Shown here: positions 31,693 to 41,941 of the stretch, piece after piece
Position numbering within the stretch: position 1 is the first letter of the stretch
Layout: every line of letters starts with the position of its first letter
Source of the DNA: an uncultured delta proteobacterium
Lineage (GTDB): Bacteria; Desulfobacterota; Desulfomonilia; UBA1062
Assembly (NCBI GenBank): GCA_963798485.1
Contig: CAWCTR010000032.1
Span: 18,984-82,983, forward strand
DNA: 64,000 nucleotides
Direction: 5' to 3'
Translations under genes and position numbers: made by a program
Notes under the pieces: generated by a model
What the model saw: the letters and a program-made list of their open reading frames with translations, nothing else
Databases searched by the model: none
Told to the model about the DNA's origin: nothing

Positions 31693-32532
31693 TTAAATCT
31701 GTTCCTCCTGCCCTGGGTAACCTTCCAGTAACCGGGAGCAGATTCCGGCCAGCGCATCTTTTGTAACCGAGGCCCCCTGAAAGAGCACCAATGGCCTTTG
31801 ATTGGTGATGGAGCGCTCAAAGTGCTCATCTCTTACCAGGCTGCCGAGAAAATCTATGATGAACTCAAGGCGGTCATGGATAAACCGGGATAGTTTTCTG
31901 AAAACAGCATCATTGTTCGACCCTTCATCCGCATCGTCAAAGACAACATGAACCTTGCTTGAGGAAGAGCGCTCATGAATGACCTTGATATATGCATAGC
32001 ATTGGAGAAGGGACCTCTCATCCGTCCTGGTAATAACGACATACCCATCACATGGCTTTTCTTCACAAATGAAATCAAGAGAGGAAGCCGGGTTTACCAG
32101 GATGAAACCTGCTGAATCCTTATCCACGGCAGGTGCATCAGGCCTGGGGGTTTCCCTCCCTTCTTTGATCCCATCAGGACCGTTGTCCTGTATTACGATC
32201 TCAGGCAATCCATAGAGCCTCACAAAGGCCTTGTCCGTAGTCCTTTCATCATCCGAGAGCACGAAGTGCATGAGGGTTGAAAGCCTGGCCCCTTCAGTGA
32301 GGGAGAAATCTCTTATAATGACTGGGAAGCGATGCCTAGCCAGCTCCAATGCGATGTTTGCGGTAAAGGCTGCCTGGATAAGCGGTGATACGGGGCAGCA
32401 GACACATATGGATCTATTGCCGACATGAACAGTCAAGGCCTGGGCTTGATCCGGTTCTTGCTGCTGGGCCCCGGTCAGGAAAAACCTGGATACGTCCTCC
32501 AGTCCTCTTCCAAGCTTGGGCCGCTCCTTCAT
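31693..32532 (-). CDS. Degenerate MinD/FlhG-like protein with N-terminal LGRGL peptide
   Basis: MKERPKLGRGL; FTANIALELA...VIIRD; SLLQCYAYIK; FLGSLVRD...SITNQRP; no Walker A. Confidence 0.7.
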   Translation of the reverse strand: MKERPKLGRGLEDVSRFFLTGAQQQEPDQAQALTVHVGNRSICVCCPVSPLIQAAFTANIALELARHRFPVIIRDFSLTEGARLSTLMHFVLSDDERTTDKAFVRLYGLPEIVIQDNGPDGIKEGRETPRPDAPAVDKDSAGFILVNPASSLDFICEEKPCDGYVVITRTDERSLLQCYAYIKVIHERSSSSKVHVVFDDADEGSNNDAVFRKLSRFIHDRLEFIIDFLGSLVRDEHFERSITNQRPLVLFQGASVTKDALAGICSRLLEGYPGQEEQI

Positions 32533-32534
32533 AG

Positions 32535-33611
32535 TCAGTTAATCTCAATCTTTGAATTCTCGCCGAACTCGTTTATAGACTTATCCGGGTTATTGGGGTC
32601 GCTCACCCACTGACCATCAACATAAAATTTGTATTCATACCTGCCCTTGCCTAGCGGCACAATCCTCTGCCACATACCCGTGCCTTCAATGTTGACCATG
32701 GGAAGTTCACCCACCTCCCAGTCATTGAAATCCGCCACAACATAGACCTGTGAGGCCTTTGGTGAATAATAGGTGAACAATACGCCGTCCTTTGTCATAA
32801 CCGGCTTGAGGAACTTAGAGTCCTCATGGGACTTGACCTTCTTGAGCTTCTTGATAGACATGATCTCTTTGGCAAGGCTCAGGTAATCCTTGGAGCCGGA
32901 CGAGTTCCTGTCGTACGAGATGATCGACCGGCCATACCCTGCGGCCTCCTTGAGCTTTACATTGAGGTTGATGACGGTCTTAAACACATGCCCATGCATA
33001 TGTTTCCGAAGCTCTTCAAGGGATTCATAGGCGATCTTGGTCCTGCGGTCATAAATAGTGGCAAGTGCATAGACTGTAATCACGGCAGGTCTTTTCAGAT
33101 CTATGAGATGGATGGTCTCAAGCAGTTTGGTCAGGCCATGCAAGGCAAACAGGCCGCTCTCCAAGGGGATGACGGCCTCGGTGCATGCATGCAATGCATT
33201 AAAGGTAAGTATGCCTATGTTCGGCGGGCAGTCGATAACAATGAAATCATACTTCTCTGAGAGGGGATTAAGGATATTTGATAGATAATATTCCCGCTTA
33301 TCCCTCTGGAGCAGGATGGGCTCGGCGGTGCTGAGCATGACATCCGAAGGGATCAAGTCAAGATTGGCGGACAGATTCATGATGACATCATCTACCGAAA
33401 CTGTCCCCTTTCTGGTCTCCGTAAGCAGATCGTATATACTTTTTGCATATTCTCCAGGATTGATGCCGAAGGCAAGTGTGGCATGCGCCTGCGGGTCAAG
33501 ATCCACAACCAGCACCCTTTTCCTGAGATGTGCCAGGCATGCACCCAGATTAATGGCAGTTGTAGTCTTGCCGCACCCCCCCTTCTGATTGATGATTGCA
33601 ATAATCCTCAT
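32535..33611 (-). CDS. ParA/Soj-family ATPase fused to C-terminal glycogen-binding (CBM48/AMPK-beta-like) domain
   Basis: NQKGGCGKTT, DLDPQ, IDCPP; C-terminal VVADFNDW...GRYEYKFYVDGQWVSDP. Confidence 0.9.
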   Translation of the reverse strand: MRIIAIINQKGGCGKTTTAINLGACLAHLRKRVLVVDLDPQAHATLAFGINPGEYAKSIYDLLTETRKGTVSVDDVIMNLSANLDLIPSDVMLSTAEPILLQRDKREYYLSNILNPLSEKYDFIVIDCPPNIGILTFNALHACTEAVIPLESGLFALHGLTKLLETIHLIDLKRPAVITVYALATIYDRRTKIAYESLEELRKHMHGHVFKTVINLNVKLKEAAGYGRSIISYDRNSSGSKDYLSLAKEIMSIKKLKKVKSHEDSKFLKPVMTKDGVLFTYYSPKASQVYVVADFNDWEVGELPMVNIEGTGMWQRIVPLGKGRYEYKFYVDGQWVSDPNNPDKSINEFGENSKIEIN

Positions 33612-33699
33612 CTGAGTTCTCCTCCCCTTTTTTAATTACTATAGTTATACATTACGAATCTAGGAAGGTTCCCCGGATCTTTTTGACCCTAAGGAAGCC

Positions 33700-34224
33700 C
33701 TATCCCCCATCAAGCCCATGGTGCTCCCTTTTGGTAAACCATGAAGAAGGGTCCCTTAAGTATTCCTCGGCGTCCTTCAGGGAGAGGTAGTGCTCGCGCT
33801 CGATGGATGCAAGCAGCTCGAAGAAGGCCTTTTCTTTTTCACCAATAACACTTCTACTCAGTTTCATATATGCCTCAGAACCTTTTGCCTCAAAGGCGGT
33901 TGCAATACCTATGGCCTCCAGGTCATCAATATCCGCCACAGGAGACTCATCCACCCCCCTGACCAGTTCCTTCAAGACGGATTGGATATCCGTAATCTTT
34001 ACCGTCAATGGCATTGATTCCGGCCATTTATCTTTCTTCAGCCATTTTTCATGAAGCGCTTTTAACCTCTGGTAATGCTCCAGTTCATCATCTGCAATCT
34101 TTTGAAACATGGCTTTCCCTATTGAATTATTCGTACGCCCGGCGTGCTTGAGATAGAATTCCCTTTCATTTATTTCGTTTTGAAGTGCAACTTCAAGCGC
34201 TGCAATGCGTTCTTTGTCATCCAT
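33700..34224 (-). CDS. Ferritin-like/rubrerythrin-family protein
   Basis: Two ExxH motifs (DELEH, EREH) with EFY/EAY helices. Confidence 0.85.
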   Translation of the reverse strand: MDDKERIAALEVALQNEINEREFYLKHAGRTNNSIGKAMFQKIADDELEHYQRLKALHEKWLKKDKWPESMPLTVKITDIQSVLKELVRGVDESPVADIDDLEAIGIATAFEAKGSEAYMKLSRSVIGEKEKAFFELLASIEREHYLSLKDAEEYLRDPSSWFTKREHHGLDGG

Positions 34225-34303
34225 GCTCCCTCCTTTAAGCCCTCTCAAAGTTATCAAGCCGTAAAGGCACTCGTTGCCGCATCGACTATGATTTACAGAA
34301 TTT

Positions 34304-34341
34304 AAAAAGGGAAGGACGGGCCTTGTGCCCGACCTTCCCTT
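34304..34341 (-). terminator. Intrinsic terminator of the OmpA gene
   Basis: AAGGGAAGGTCGGGC-loop-GCCCGTCCTTCCCTT followed by T-run on the minus strand. Confidence 0.8.
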
Positions 34342-34366
34342 GCTTTGTAAGTTTGTTAATCAACCG

Positions 34367-35410
34367 CTACTGGATAGGCTTGAACTCGACCCTTCTGTTC
34401 CTTGCCCTGTTCTCTTCCGTGTCATTCGGGGCAATAGGCTTGGTCAGACCATAACCCTTTGTCTCGAGTCTGTTTGCGGCAATACCTTTGCCCACGAGGT
34501 ATGTCTTAACAGCAGCAGCCCTTCTGTCGGAAAGCTTCAGGTTGTATGCAGCCTTTCCCTTGCTGTCGGTATGTCCCTGAACCTCCATCTTAACCTTAGG
34601 ATTGGCCTTCAGGTATTCCGTTACCTCGTCAAGTATCGGATAGGATTCGGACTTGATGTTCGACTTGTCGAAATCAAAGTTGATGTTCCTGAAGATAATA
34701 GAGCCCTGTTCCTTTGGTGCAGGGGCCGGAGGCGGTGGCGTTATTATAGGTGCAGGAACTGGGGCAGGGACAGGCTCAGCCTCGGTCGCAGGCGCCTCTT
34801 CCTTGACCTCTGCCCTTTCCTTGCCGCCGATCTCATAGGTCAGGCCGGCGGTGTACAGGAGGCTGCTATAGGCCGAACCGGCATTGAAATTGATGACGTC
34901 GCGCAGGTCGCCCCTGAGGGCGATATTCCTGGTCAGGAATATCTTTAATCCTCCACCATAGTTGAGCAGGAAGTCATTGTCAGAATTGCCGCCCTTTATT
35001 CCGGGGTCAAAGGCGATCATACCAGGACCGGCTGCGAGGTAGGGGACAATCATGTCCCCAGGGAGAAGGCCTGTCAGATGATAGAGCAGGTCAAGTTTGT
35101 AGATTTTTGTATTTGCATGCTTTTCATCAAAGTCAACACCGTGATTTAGCAGGATATCGCCGTTGTAAGTCGTTTTAACATAATGGAAGGTAAACTCAAC
35201 CCCGAGCTTCTCAGATAAGTTATACCCAAGCCCGATTCCATATGCTGTGGCGCTATCGTATGGAAGATCACCATTATAATTGAATCCGCCGATAAAAGGG
35301 GTCACATTGATCGCTTCGTCCCGGTTCTCAGCAAGAGCTCCGGATGCACAGAAACATACTATTAGAAACGCCATAACTACAGTTACTCGAAACATACTAC
35401 GGTTCTTCAT
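34367..35410 (-). CDS. OmpA-family outer-membrane protein (beta-barrel + peptidoglycan-binding domain)
   Basis: Signal peptide, barrel strands, Pro-rich linker, FDFDKS...GHTD...NLKLSDRRA...NRRVE. Confidence 0.93.
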   Translation of the reverse strand: MKNRSMFRVTVVMAFLIVCFCASGALAENRDEAINVTPFIGGFNYNGDLPYDSATAYGIGLGYNLSEKLGVEFTFHYVKTTYNGDILLNHGVDFDEKHANTKIYKLDLLYHLTGLLPGDMIVPYLAAGPGMIAFDPGIKGGNSDNDFLLNYGGGLKIFLTRNIALRGDLRDVINFNAGSAYSSLLYTAGLTYEIGGKERAEVKEEAPATEAEPVPAPVPAPIITPPPPAPAPKEQGSIIFRNINFDFDKSNIKSESYPILDEVTEYLKANPKVKMEVQGHTDSKGKAAYNLKLSDRRAAAVKTYLVGKGIAANRLETKGYGLTKPIAPNDTEENRARNRRVEFKPIQ

Positions 35411-35627
35411 TGGTCATCCTCCTCGTTCATCTCCGATATCCTCATAGAGGTAATTATTTGCTTAACATCTATTTGATAATTGCATTCTCAGGCAAAGTCA
35501 ATCCTTTCCTATGACATTGTCGCGACTTTTTTTAAAGTAGGTCATTTTTAGGTGATACCGGATTGATTGGATTTAGGATATGCATATAGAACTTTACAGG
35601 TCGGTACAGGATCTTTAAGGTGAGTCA

Positions 35628-36917
35628 ATGAATATGGTCTTTACCTCTCCTCTTGGAAATTCCATGATGAAAAATCCCGCCACCAGGCGGAGAGCCGTTG
35701 CCGCTGCCGCCATCGTGATGCAGCTCTGTCTTGGAACGGTATATGCCTGGTCCATCTTCAAGAAGCCCATGATGGCGGCTAACGGCTGGAGCGAGACCCA
35801 GACCCAGTTCGCCTTTATGGTAAACAGCGCCATGTTCGCAATGGCCGTTGCCTTCGGGGGCACAATGGTAGACCGCATAGCACCACGGATCATCGGATCT
35901 CTGGGCGGCATCATGTTCGGCGCAGGGGTCCTTTTGGCGGGTGTTGCGAACAGCATCAAGAGTATCACCCTGCTCATTATCGCCTATGGGCTTATCACCG
36001 GGTTAGGGGGAGGATTCGGATATGTGACCCCCATTGCCACGCTCATCAGATGGTTCCCGGACAAACGGGGGCAGCTTACCGGTCTTGCAGTGATGGGCTA
36101 CGGCCTGGGGGCTTTTGCCCTGGGCAATATCGGCCCTGTACTCATAATGAAGTATGGGGTCGCCAATACCTTTTATCTATGGGGGGTGCTGAGCCTTACC
36201 GTGGTCATTTCTGCCGCGCTCACCCTTGTAAACCCGCCTGATGGCTGGTCCCCGGGAAAGACTGCTTCTTTATCAGCCTCTGCCGTGATCCTCCCGCCCT
36301 CATCTTCTTTTACCGAGGCCGTACGTACCCCCCGGTTCTGGATCCTGTGGATGATGCTCTTTGTCAGCCTCACTGCCGGGCTCGGCCTGATATCCCAACT
36401 CTCGCCCATAGCCCAGGATGTCATGATCAGGGCTTATGGAGGTGCGGTATCCGATGGGAAGATGAAATCCATTGTTATCGTTTCCGGCACCATTGTGGCC
36501 ATCGCCGGCATATTCAACGGCCTTGGCAGGCTCATCTGGGCCTGGGTATCGGATATCATCGGGAGAAAAGCAGTCTTTGCCCTTATATTCATCTCCTTTG
36601 CTCTCGGTTTTGTCATTCTTGCCCATGTGAACACCACCCTCATATTCGCAGTCCTCAGCTTCTTCCTCCTTGCCTGCTACGGCGGTACCATGGCCACCAT
36701 GCCGGCACTGGCGGCCGATGAGTTCGGCCCTGTGAATATCGGCAAGATCTACGGGGTAATATTTACCGCCTGCGGATTTGCGGGCTTGGCCGGACCCTTT
36801 GTATTCGCACGGGTGAAAGAGCTCACCGGCGGATTTACCTACGCGCTGTACATGGAGTCGGCGCTTGCGGTTTTAGGGCTGGTGCTTGTCGTTGTTCTTA
36901 ATAAGATCAGACGGTAA
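35628..36917 (+). CDS. OFA-family MFS transporter
   Basis: GTVYAWSIF, WFPDKRG, FNGLGR, YGG. Confidence 0.88.
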   Translation: MNMVFTSPLGNSMMKNPATRRRAVAAAAIVMQLCLGTVYAWSIFKKPMMAANGWSETQTQFAFMVNSAMFAMAVAFGGTMVDRIAPRIIGSLGGIMFGAGVLLAGVANSIKSITLLIIAYGLITGLGGGFGYVTPIATLIRWFPDKRGQLTGLAVMGYGLGAFALGNIGPVLIMKYGVANTFYLWGVLSLTVVISAALTLVNPPDGWSPGKTASLSASAVILPPSSSFTEAVRTPRFWILWMMLFVSLTAGLGLISQLSPIAQDVMIRAYGGAVSDGKMKSIVIVSGTIVAIAGIFNGLGRLIWAWVSDIIGRKAVFALIFISFALGFVILAHVNTTLIFAVLSFFLLACYGGTMATMPALAADEFGPVNIGKIYGVIFTACGFAGLAGPFVFARVKELTGGFTYALYMESALAVLGLVLVVVLNKIRR

Positions 36918-37014
36918 TAGTTTTACCATCTCCCGATTGACACCGAAGTGAATTTCCCATTAAGTGTGTAAAAGACCTGCTAGGCAGGGCATCAAACAGC
37001 GAAAGGATATTCAC

Positions 37015-38133
37015 ATGGCGCGAGTAGCTTTCATCGGCTGGCGAGGGATGGTCGGGTCAGTGCTCATGGACAGGATGGTAGCGGAAGACGACTTCCACGG
37101 GTTCGAACCTGTCTTCTACACTACTTCCCAAGTGGGACTCAAGGGCCCGAAGGTAGGACTGAAGATACCACCGCTCAAGGATGCCTATGACATCAAGGAC
37201 CTGAAGACTGCCGACATCATTGTAACGTGCCAGGGAAGCGACCATACCAAGGAGGTCTACCCCAAGCTTCGCAAGGCCGGCTGGAAGGGGTACTGGATCG
37301 ACGCATCCTCAGCCCTGAGGATGAAGGACAACAGCATCATCATCCTGGATCCCGTAAACAGGGACGTCATCGATAAGGGCCTGAAAAAGGGAATCAAGGA
37401 CTACATCGGCGGCAACTGCACCGTGAGCCTCATGCTCATGGGTATCGGCGGTCTGTTCAGGGAAGGCCTTGTGGAATGGGTCACCTCCATGACCTACCAG
37501 GCTGCTTCCGGAGCAGGCGCCAACAACATGCGCGAGCTCGTGGAACAGATGGCCTATGTGGGCAAGGCATCCAAGAAGCTGCTGGACAAGCCCGCAACAG
37601 CGGCATTAGAGCTCGATAAGCTTGTGGTCAATGCGCTGCATGACAAATCCTTCCCAAAGAAGGTCTTCGGCTTTCCCTTGGCGGCAAACCTCCTTCCCTG
37701 GATCGACTCGGCCATGGGAAACGGTCAGAGCCGGGAGGAATGGAAGGGCATTGTTGAGACCAACAAGATCCTGGGCACCAAGAAGACTATTCCCGTGGAC
37801 GGCATCTGTGTGCGTATAAGCTCCATGCGCTGCCATTCCCAGGGGCTTGTGATCAAGCTCAAGAAAGATGTGGGCATCAAGGAGATCACTGGAATCATCG
37901 CAGGTGCAAACGACTGGGTCAAGGTGGTCCCCAACATCAAGGAAGAGACGCTCACGCACCTGACCCCTGCTGCCGTGACAGGCACGCTAACGGTCCCGGT
38001 GGGCCGCATCCGCAAGATGAACCTTGGTGAGAAGTACCTCACCTGCTTCACCGTGGGCGACCAGCTCCTGTGGGGCGCAGCCGAACCCATCCGCAGGATG
38101 CTGAAGATCGCGCTGGAGTTCATCGACAAATAA
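37015..38133 (+). CDS. asd: Aspartate-semialdehyde dehydrogenase
   Basis: GWRGMVGSVL, GGNCTVSLM, QAASGAG, DQLLWGAAEP. Confidence 0.96.
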   Translation: MARVAFIGWRGMVGSVLMDRMVAEDDFHGFEPVFYTTSQVGLKGPKVGLKIPPLKDAYDIKDLKTADIIVTCQGSDHTKEVYPKLRKAGWKGYWIDASSALRMKDNSIIILDPVNRDVIDKGLKKGIKDYIGGNCTVSLMLMGIGGLFREGLVEWVTSMTYQAASGAGANNMRELVEQMAYVGKASKKLLDKPATAALELDKLVVNALHDKSFPKKVFGFPLAANLLPWIDSAMGNGQSREEWKGIVETNKILGTKKTIPVDGICVRISSMRCHSQGLVIKLKKDVGIKEITGIIAGANDWVKVVPNIKEETLTHLTPAAVTGTLTVPVGRIRKMNLGEKYLTCFTVGDQLLWGAAEPIRRMLKIALEFIDK

Positions 38134-38201
38134 CCAAGTGCGAAATGCCCTCCCCTCGTGGCAGACAGCATGAAAAATGAAAAGAGAGTAGGAAAACTGC
38201 T

Positions 38202-40292
38202 TTGAAAGATCATTCCATCCGGGCGTTGAACGAATTCGAGGGCAAGATACTCCTGAAAGAGTGGGGGATTCCCGTAATTGAAGAAGCAATTGCGGGAGAT
38301 GAAAACGAAGCCCTTGCAACGGCAGAGGGGCTGGGTTATCCGGTTGCGCTGAAAATATGCTCACAGGCCGTCCTCCACAAGACGGAACAGGGCGGTGTGG
38401 TTCTCAACATCCCTGATGCCGGGACCCTCACGAGATCTGCCCGCCGGATGCATGACAGCTTCATAAATGTCCCCCATGTGCTGCTTATCCAGAAGATGGC
38501 CTCACCCGGCATAGAGCTCATCATCGGGGCGCGGCGCGACCCTGTCTTCGGACCGGTAGTCCTGGTCGGCATCGGCGGGGTCTTCACCGAGGTATTCCGC
38601 GATACGGTTCTTGAGCTTGCTCCGGTATCCATTGCCTCAGCACGTGCCATGCTCGATCGTTTGAGGGGGGCGGCCCTTTTGAAGGGCTTTCGGGGCCAGG
38701 CACCTGCCGATCTCAAGTCGGTGTCCGATGCCATCGCAGCCTTGTCTCGCATGATGGTAAGACGTTCAGACATCCTCGAGATCGATATCAATCCCTTCAT
38801 CGCATATGCAAACGGCGCAGTTGCAGTGGACGCCCTCGTAAGGCTTGCAGACAAACCGAGCGCCGCCTCGATAAAACACCCGGAACTCATTACGGTGGAC
38901 CCATTCTTCAACCCGAGGTCACTGGCACTGATAGGCGCATCCCGGAGCCATGACAAGGGGGGCAACATTATCTTGCGCAACCTCGTCAAGGCCGGCTTTA
39001 AAGGATCAATCCATCCCATCAATCCTTCAGGGCATGATATCCTCGGGATGAAGACCTATAAGAACGTCCGTGACATTGAAGGCCCTGTAGACATTGCCAT
39101 GATCGTCATCCCTAAGGCCGCAGTCCCTGCAGCCATTGATGACTGTGCCGCCAAGGGTGTACAGGCCGTAATACTCAGCACGGGAGGTTACTCGGACATG
39201 GGTGCGGATGGGGCCAACGAACAGAAAAAGCTCATGGAAACGGTTCATGCAACAGGGCTGCGGCTCATGGGACCCAACAGCATCGGTACCATCCATCCGA
39301 GCGCAGGGCTTGCCACCTCCATCGTTGGGCTTGAACCCATCATGCACGGCGGTGTTTCGCTTATAGGACAGTCCGGCGTTTTCTCTTCAGGCTGGGGCCG
39401 CTGGATAGCGGATTACAAGCCTTTCGGCATATCCAAGGTGGCGTGTATCGGCAACAAAGGGGACGTGAACGAGTCCGACCTTCTGGAATACCTGGCAGAT
39501 GATGCCGAGACAACGACCATCGGCATGTACCTTGAGGGGATCATTGACGGTAAGCGTTTTATAAAGGCTGCTGCCAGGGCAGGCAGGAAAAAGCCCCTGG
39601 TTGTCGTGAAGTCCGGCCGCACCGAGGCAGGTGCCGAGGCCATTGCCTCGCACACAGGCTCCCTTGCAGGATCTGATGCCGTCTTCGATGCCGTCTGCCT
39701 CCGCACCGGCATGGTCCGGGTCCATGATTCCGAGGCCTTTTTCGATGCCCTGTCAGCCTTTGAGTCGCTCCCCCTTCCCCGCAGCAATCGCCTCGGGATC
39801 CTTTCCATCACCGGCATGGGATGTGTGGTCACAACGGATGCCTGCGACGAGTATGGGGTGGATTTGCCGAAATTGAAACCATCTACCGTCAAAAAACTCA
39901 GGGAAGTCGTGCCTGCCTGGGCGCCCATTCGCAACCCCATAGATATCTGGTCTGCCGTGGAACAGCACGGCTCGCAGAAGACCATGTCTCATATCGCACG
40001 CTGCTTTCTTGATCAGTCGGACATCGATGCCCTTCTCATCATCTTTGTCCTCATGCCCGAGAGTATATTCGACATTGAAGAGGCATTCGGCGGCATCATA
40101 AAGGAATACAAGCACAAACCCATCCTGGTGAGCTCTTATGGCGGTACGGAAAAAGAGATCAAGCACATCCACGAAGGATTCAAAAACCTCGGTGTTCCGA
40201 GCTACCCCACCCCGGAACGCGCCATCTATTCCTTCAGCCGCATGGTTGAATATGCACGCTTCCGGGGACACATAAGGGACGGCAAGAGGTAA
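38202..40292 (+). CDS. Acyl-CoA ligase (ADP-forming) family, ATP-grasp domain first
   Basis: HKTEQGGV, DPVFGP, DINP; then IGASR, GPNSIG, GNKGD, ASHTGSLAG. Confidence 0.88.
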   Translation: MKDHSIRALNEFEGKILLKEWGIPVIEEAIAGDENEALATAEGLGYPVALKICSQAVLHKTEQGGVVLNIPDAGTLTRSARRMHDSFINVPHVLLIQKMASPGIELIIGARRDPVFGPVVLVGIGGVFTEVFRDTVLELAPVSIASARAMLDRLRGAALLKGFRGQAPADLKSVSDAIAALSRMMVRRSDILEIDINPFIAYANGAVAVDALVRLADKPSAASIKHPELITVDPFFNPRSLALIGASRSHDKGGNIILRNLVKAGFKGSIHPINPSGHDILGMKTYKNVRDIEGPVDIAMIVIPKAAVPAAIDDCAAKGVQAVILSTGGYSDMGADGANEQKKLMETVHATGLRLMGPNSIGTIHPSAGLATSIVGLEPIMHGGVSLIGQSGVFSSGWGRWIADYKPFGISKVACIGNKGDVNESDLLEYLADDAETTTIGMYLEGIIDGKRFIKAAARAGRKKPLVVVKSGRTEAGAEAIASHTGSLAGSDAVFDAVCLRTGMVRVHDSEAFFDALSAFESLPLPRSNRLGILSITGMGCVVTTDACDEYGVDLPKLKPSTVKKLREVVPAWAPIRNPIDIWSAVEQHGSQKTMSHIARCFLDQSDIDALLIIFVLMPESIFDIEEAFGGIIKEYKHKPILVSSYGGTEKEIKHIHEGFKNLGVPSYPTPERAIYSFSRMVEYARFRGHIRDGKR

Positions 40293-40313
40293 TCAAGAAA
40301 ATTTTCTAAGTAA

Positions 40314-41102
40314 TCAGGCCGCTGCAGGCAATGAAGAAACGTGCCGCCCTTCATCATCTTCTATGAGTGCCTCGATGGCCAGGGGCAGGTGGTCGGACAT
40401 GGTGAAGTTGACGACATGAGCCTTTCTGATAATGACGCCTTCCGATACAAGGACATGATCGATATCCCGGCTTGGCCTCCAGCTCGGATACGTAAGCATA
40501 TTCTTAATGGCAGGCTGCAGTCCGGCCCTCTCGGCAATGATCAAAAGCTCTTTGCTGTCAGAGGTGCAGTTGAAATCGCCCACGAGGATAGTCTTGCAAT
40601 CAAGCTCCCTGATGATGTCGCCGATATAGCCTGCCTGTTTGATCCTGTCCCTTGGGCCCAAAGAGAGGTGGGATACGGCAAAGGCAATACTTTGACCTTT
40701 AAGATCCAGATGGACTACCATGAGCCCCCTGCCGGGTATCTTGCCGGGAAGCTGGTGCCTGGCCACGGAAATGATTCGATGCCTGGAGAGAAAGCCTATG
40801 CTGTGGCGTGCAAAGACCAGTTCACGGTTGACCTGCTCAGCCCAATAGTCGAACCCGCCTAAATGTGCAAGGATAGTAGTCTGGTTCCTAAAGCCTGATC
40901 TTATGCTGCCGGCATCCGACTCCTGGATGCCCACCATGTCGAATGACTTGAACAGACCTGATATCTTCCGAAGGTTATCCATCTTGCAACGGGAAGGCAG
41001 CACATGCTTCCAGAGATTCTTCATCTGCTCGGAGCTCTTTGATGCCTTGATGCACACATTCGTGTTATAGCTGAGGATGCGCAATGGCTTATGGACTACC
41101 AT
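40314..41102 (-). CDS. Endonuclease/exonuclease/phosphatase family protein
   Basis: LSYN, GIQE, HLSL, GDFN, IDH, SDHLP. Confidence 0.9.
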   Translation of the reverse strand: MVVHKPLRILSYNTNVCIKASKSSEQMKNLWKHVLPSRCKMDNLRKISGLFKSFDMVGIQESDAGSIRSGFRNQTTILAHLGGFDYWAEQVNRELVFARHSIGFLSRHRIISVARHQLPGKIPGRGLMVVHLDLKGQSIAFAVSHLSLGPRDRIKQAGYIGDIIRELDCKTILVGDFNCTSDSKELLIIAERAGLQPAIKNMLTYPSWRPSRDIDHVLVSEGVIIRKAHVVNFTMSDHLPLAIEALIEDDEGRHVSSLPAAA

Positions 41103-41429
41103 GTCTTGGCTGCGTTCTCCCTGAATCCGAATTTACGTTTAGATCACTATCGGCGCTGACCCTTCATTACATAAGCGCACCTGTATGACAAGGAAAATTG
41201 CAGGTACTGTCTGGAACCACGGATATCCTCAAGGAATTCATGTGCAATGAAATTGTAATGTTATCATGTCCGACCGACCGCCGCCTATCTGAGCGAAATA
41301 TCGTTAAAGGATAGATTTGTGTACAAGATGTTCATATATGCGGAATTTTGAAACGCCGAGCCGGCTATATCTTCAAAGACAACTTGTGCTTGACAGGGGT
41401 GTATTCGAAGGGCATAAAATGTGGTCGTG

Positions 41430-41446
41430 ACAACATTAATTGTTGT
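41430..41446. promoter_or_regulatory. Putative MarR operator
   Basis: ACAACA-TTAAT-TGTTGT inverted repeat between TTGACA (41390) and the marR start. Confidence 0.5.
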
Positions 41447-41479
41447 ATTTCTCGAACGATTACAAAGTGCTTGGAAACA

Positions 41480-41941
41480 ATGAACAGGAAATCATTCTCA
41501 ATCGATGAGTCACTCGGGTTCTGGGTATATCGCATGCACACCCAGAGTGTCGCTGTCCTGAAAAAGGCCTTCCAGGATGCAGGACATGATATTACGCCGG
41601 AGCAGTGGGGCCTCATGGTCCGATTGCAGGAGAACCAGGGGATAAATCAGAGCCGGCTCGGCGAGAAGGCATATAAAGACCGGCACAATGCAACACGTAT
41701 CATCAAGCAGCTTGAAAAGCGCGGATTTATCGAGCGCAGGCCGGATGAGATCGATAAGCGTGCGTATAACCTCTTTATCACCGAACCCGGCCGGGACGTG
41801 CTGGAAGCGCTGGTTCAGATAGTCATGAACCATTATACCGGTGCATTCAGAGGCCTTACCGCCGAGGACCTCAAGGCCATGCGCAGGATACACGAGCACA
41901 TCGTGAATAACCTTTCAAGGATAGAACAGGCATATGAATAA
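41480..41941 (+). CDS. MarR-family regulator
   Basis: ITPEQW, LEKRGFIERR..DKRA. Confidence 0.9.
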   Translation: MNRKSFSIDESLGFWVYRMHTQSVAVLKKAFQDAGHDITPEQWGLMVRLQENQGINQSRLGEKAYKDRHNATRIIKQLEKRGFIERRPDEIDKRAYNLFITEPGRDVLEALVQIVMNHYTGAFRGLTAEDLKAMRRIHEHIVNNLSRIEQAYE

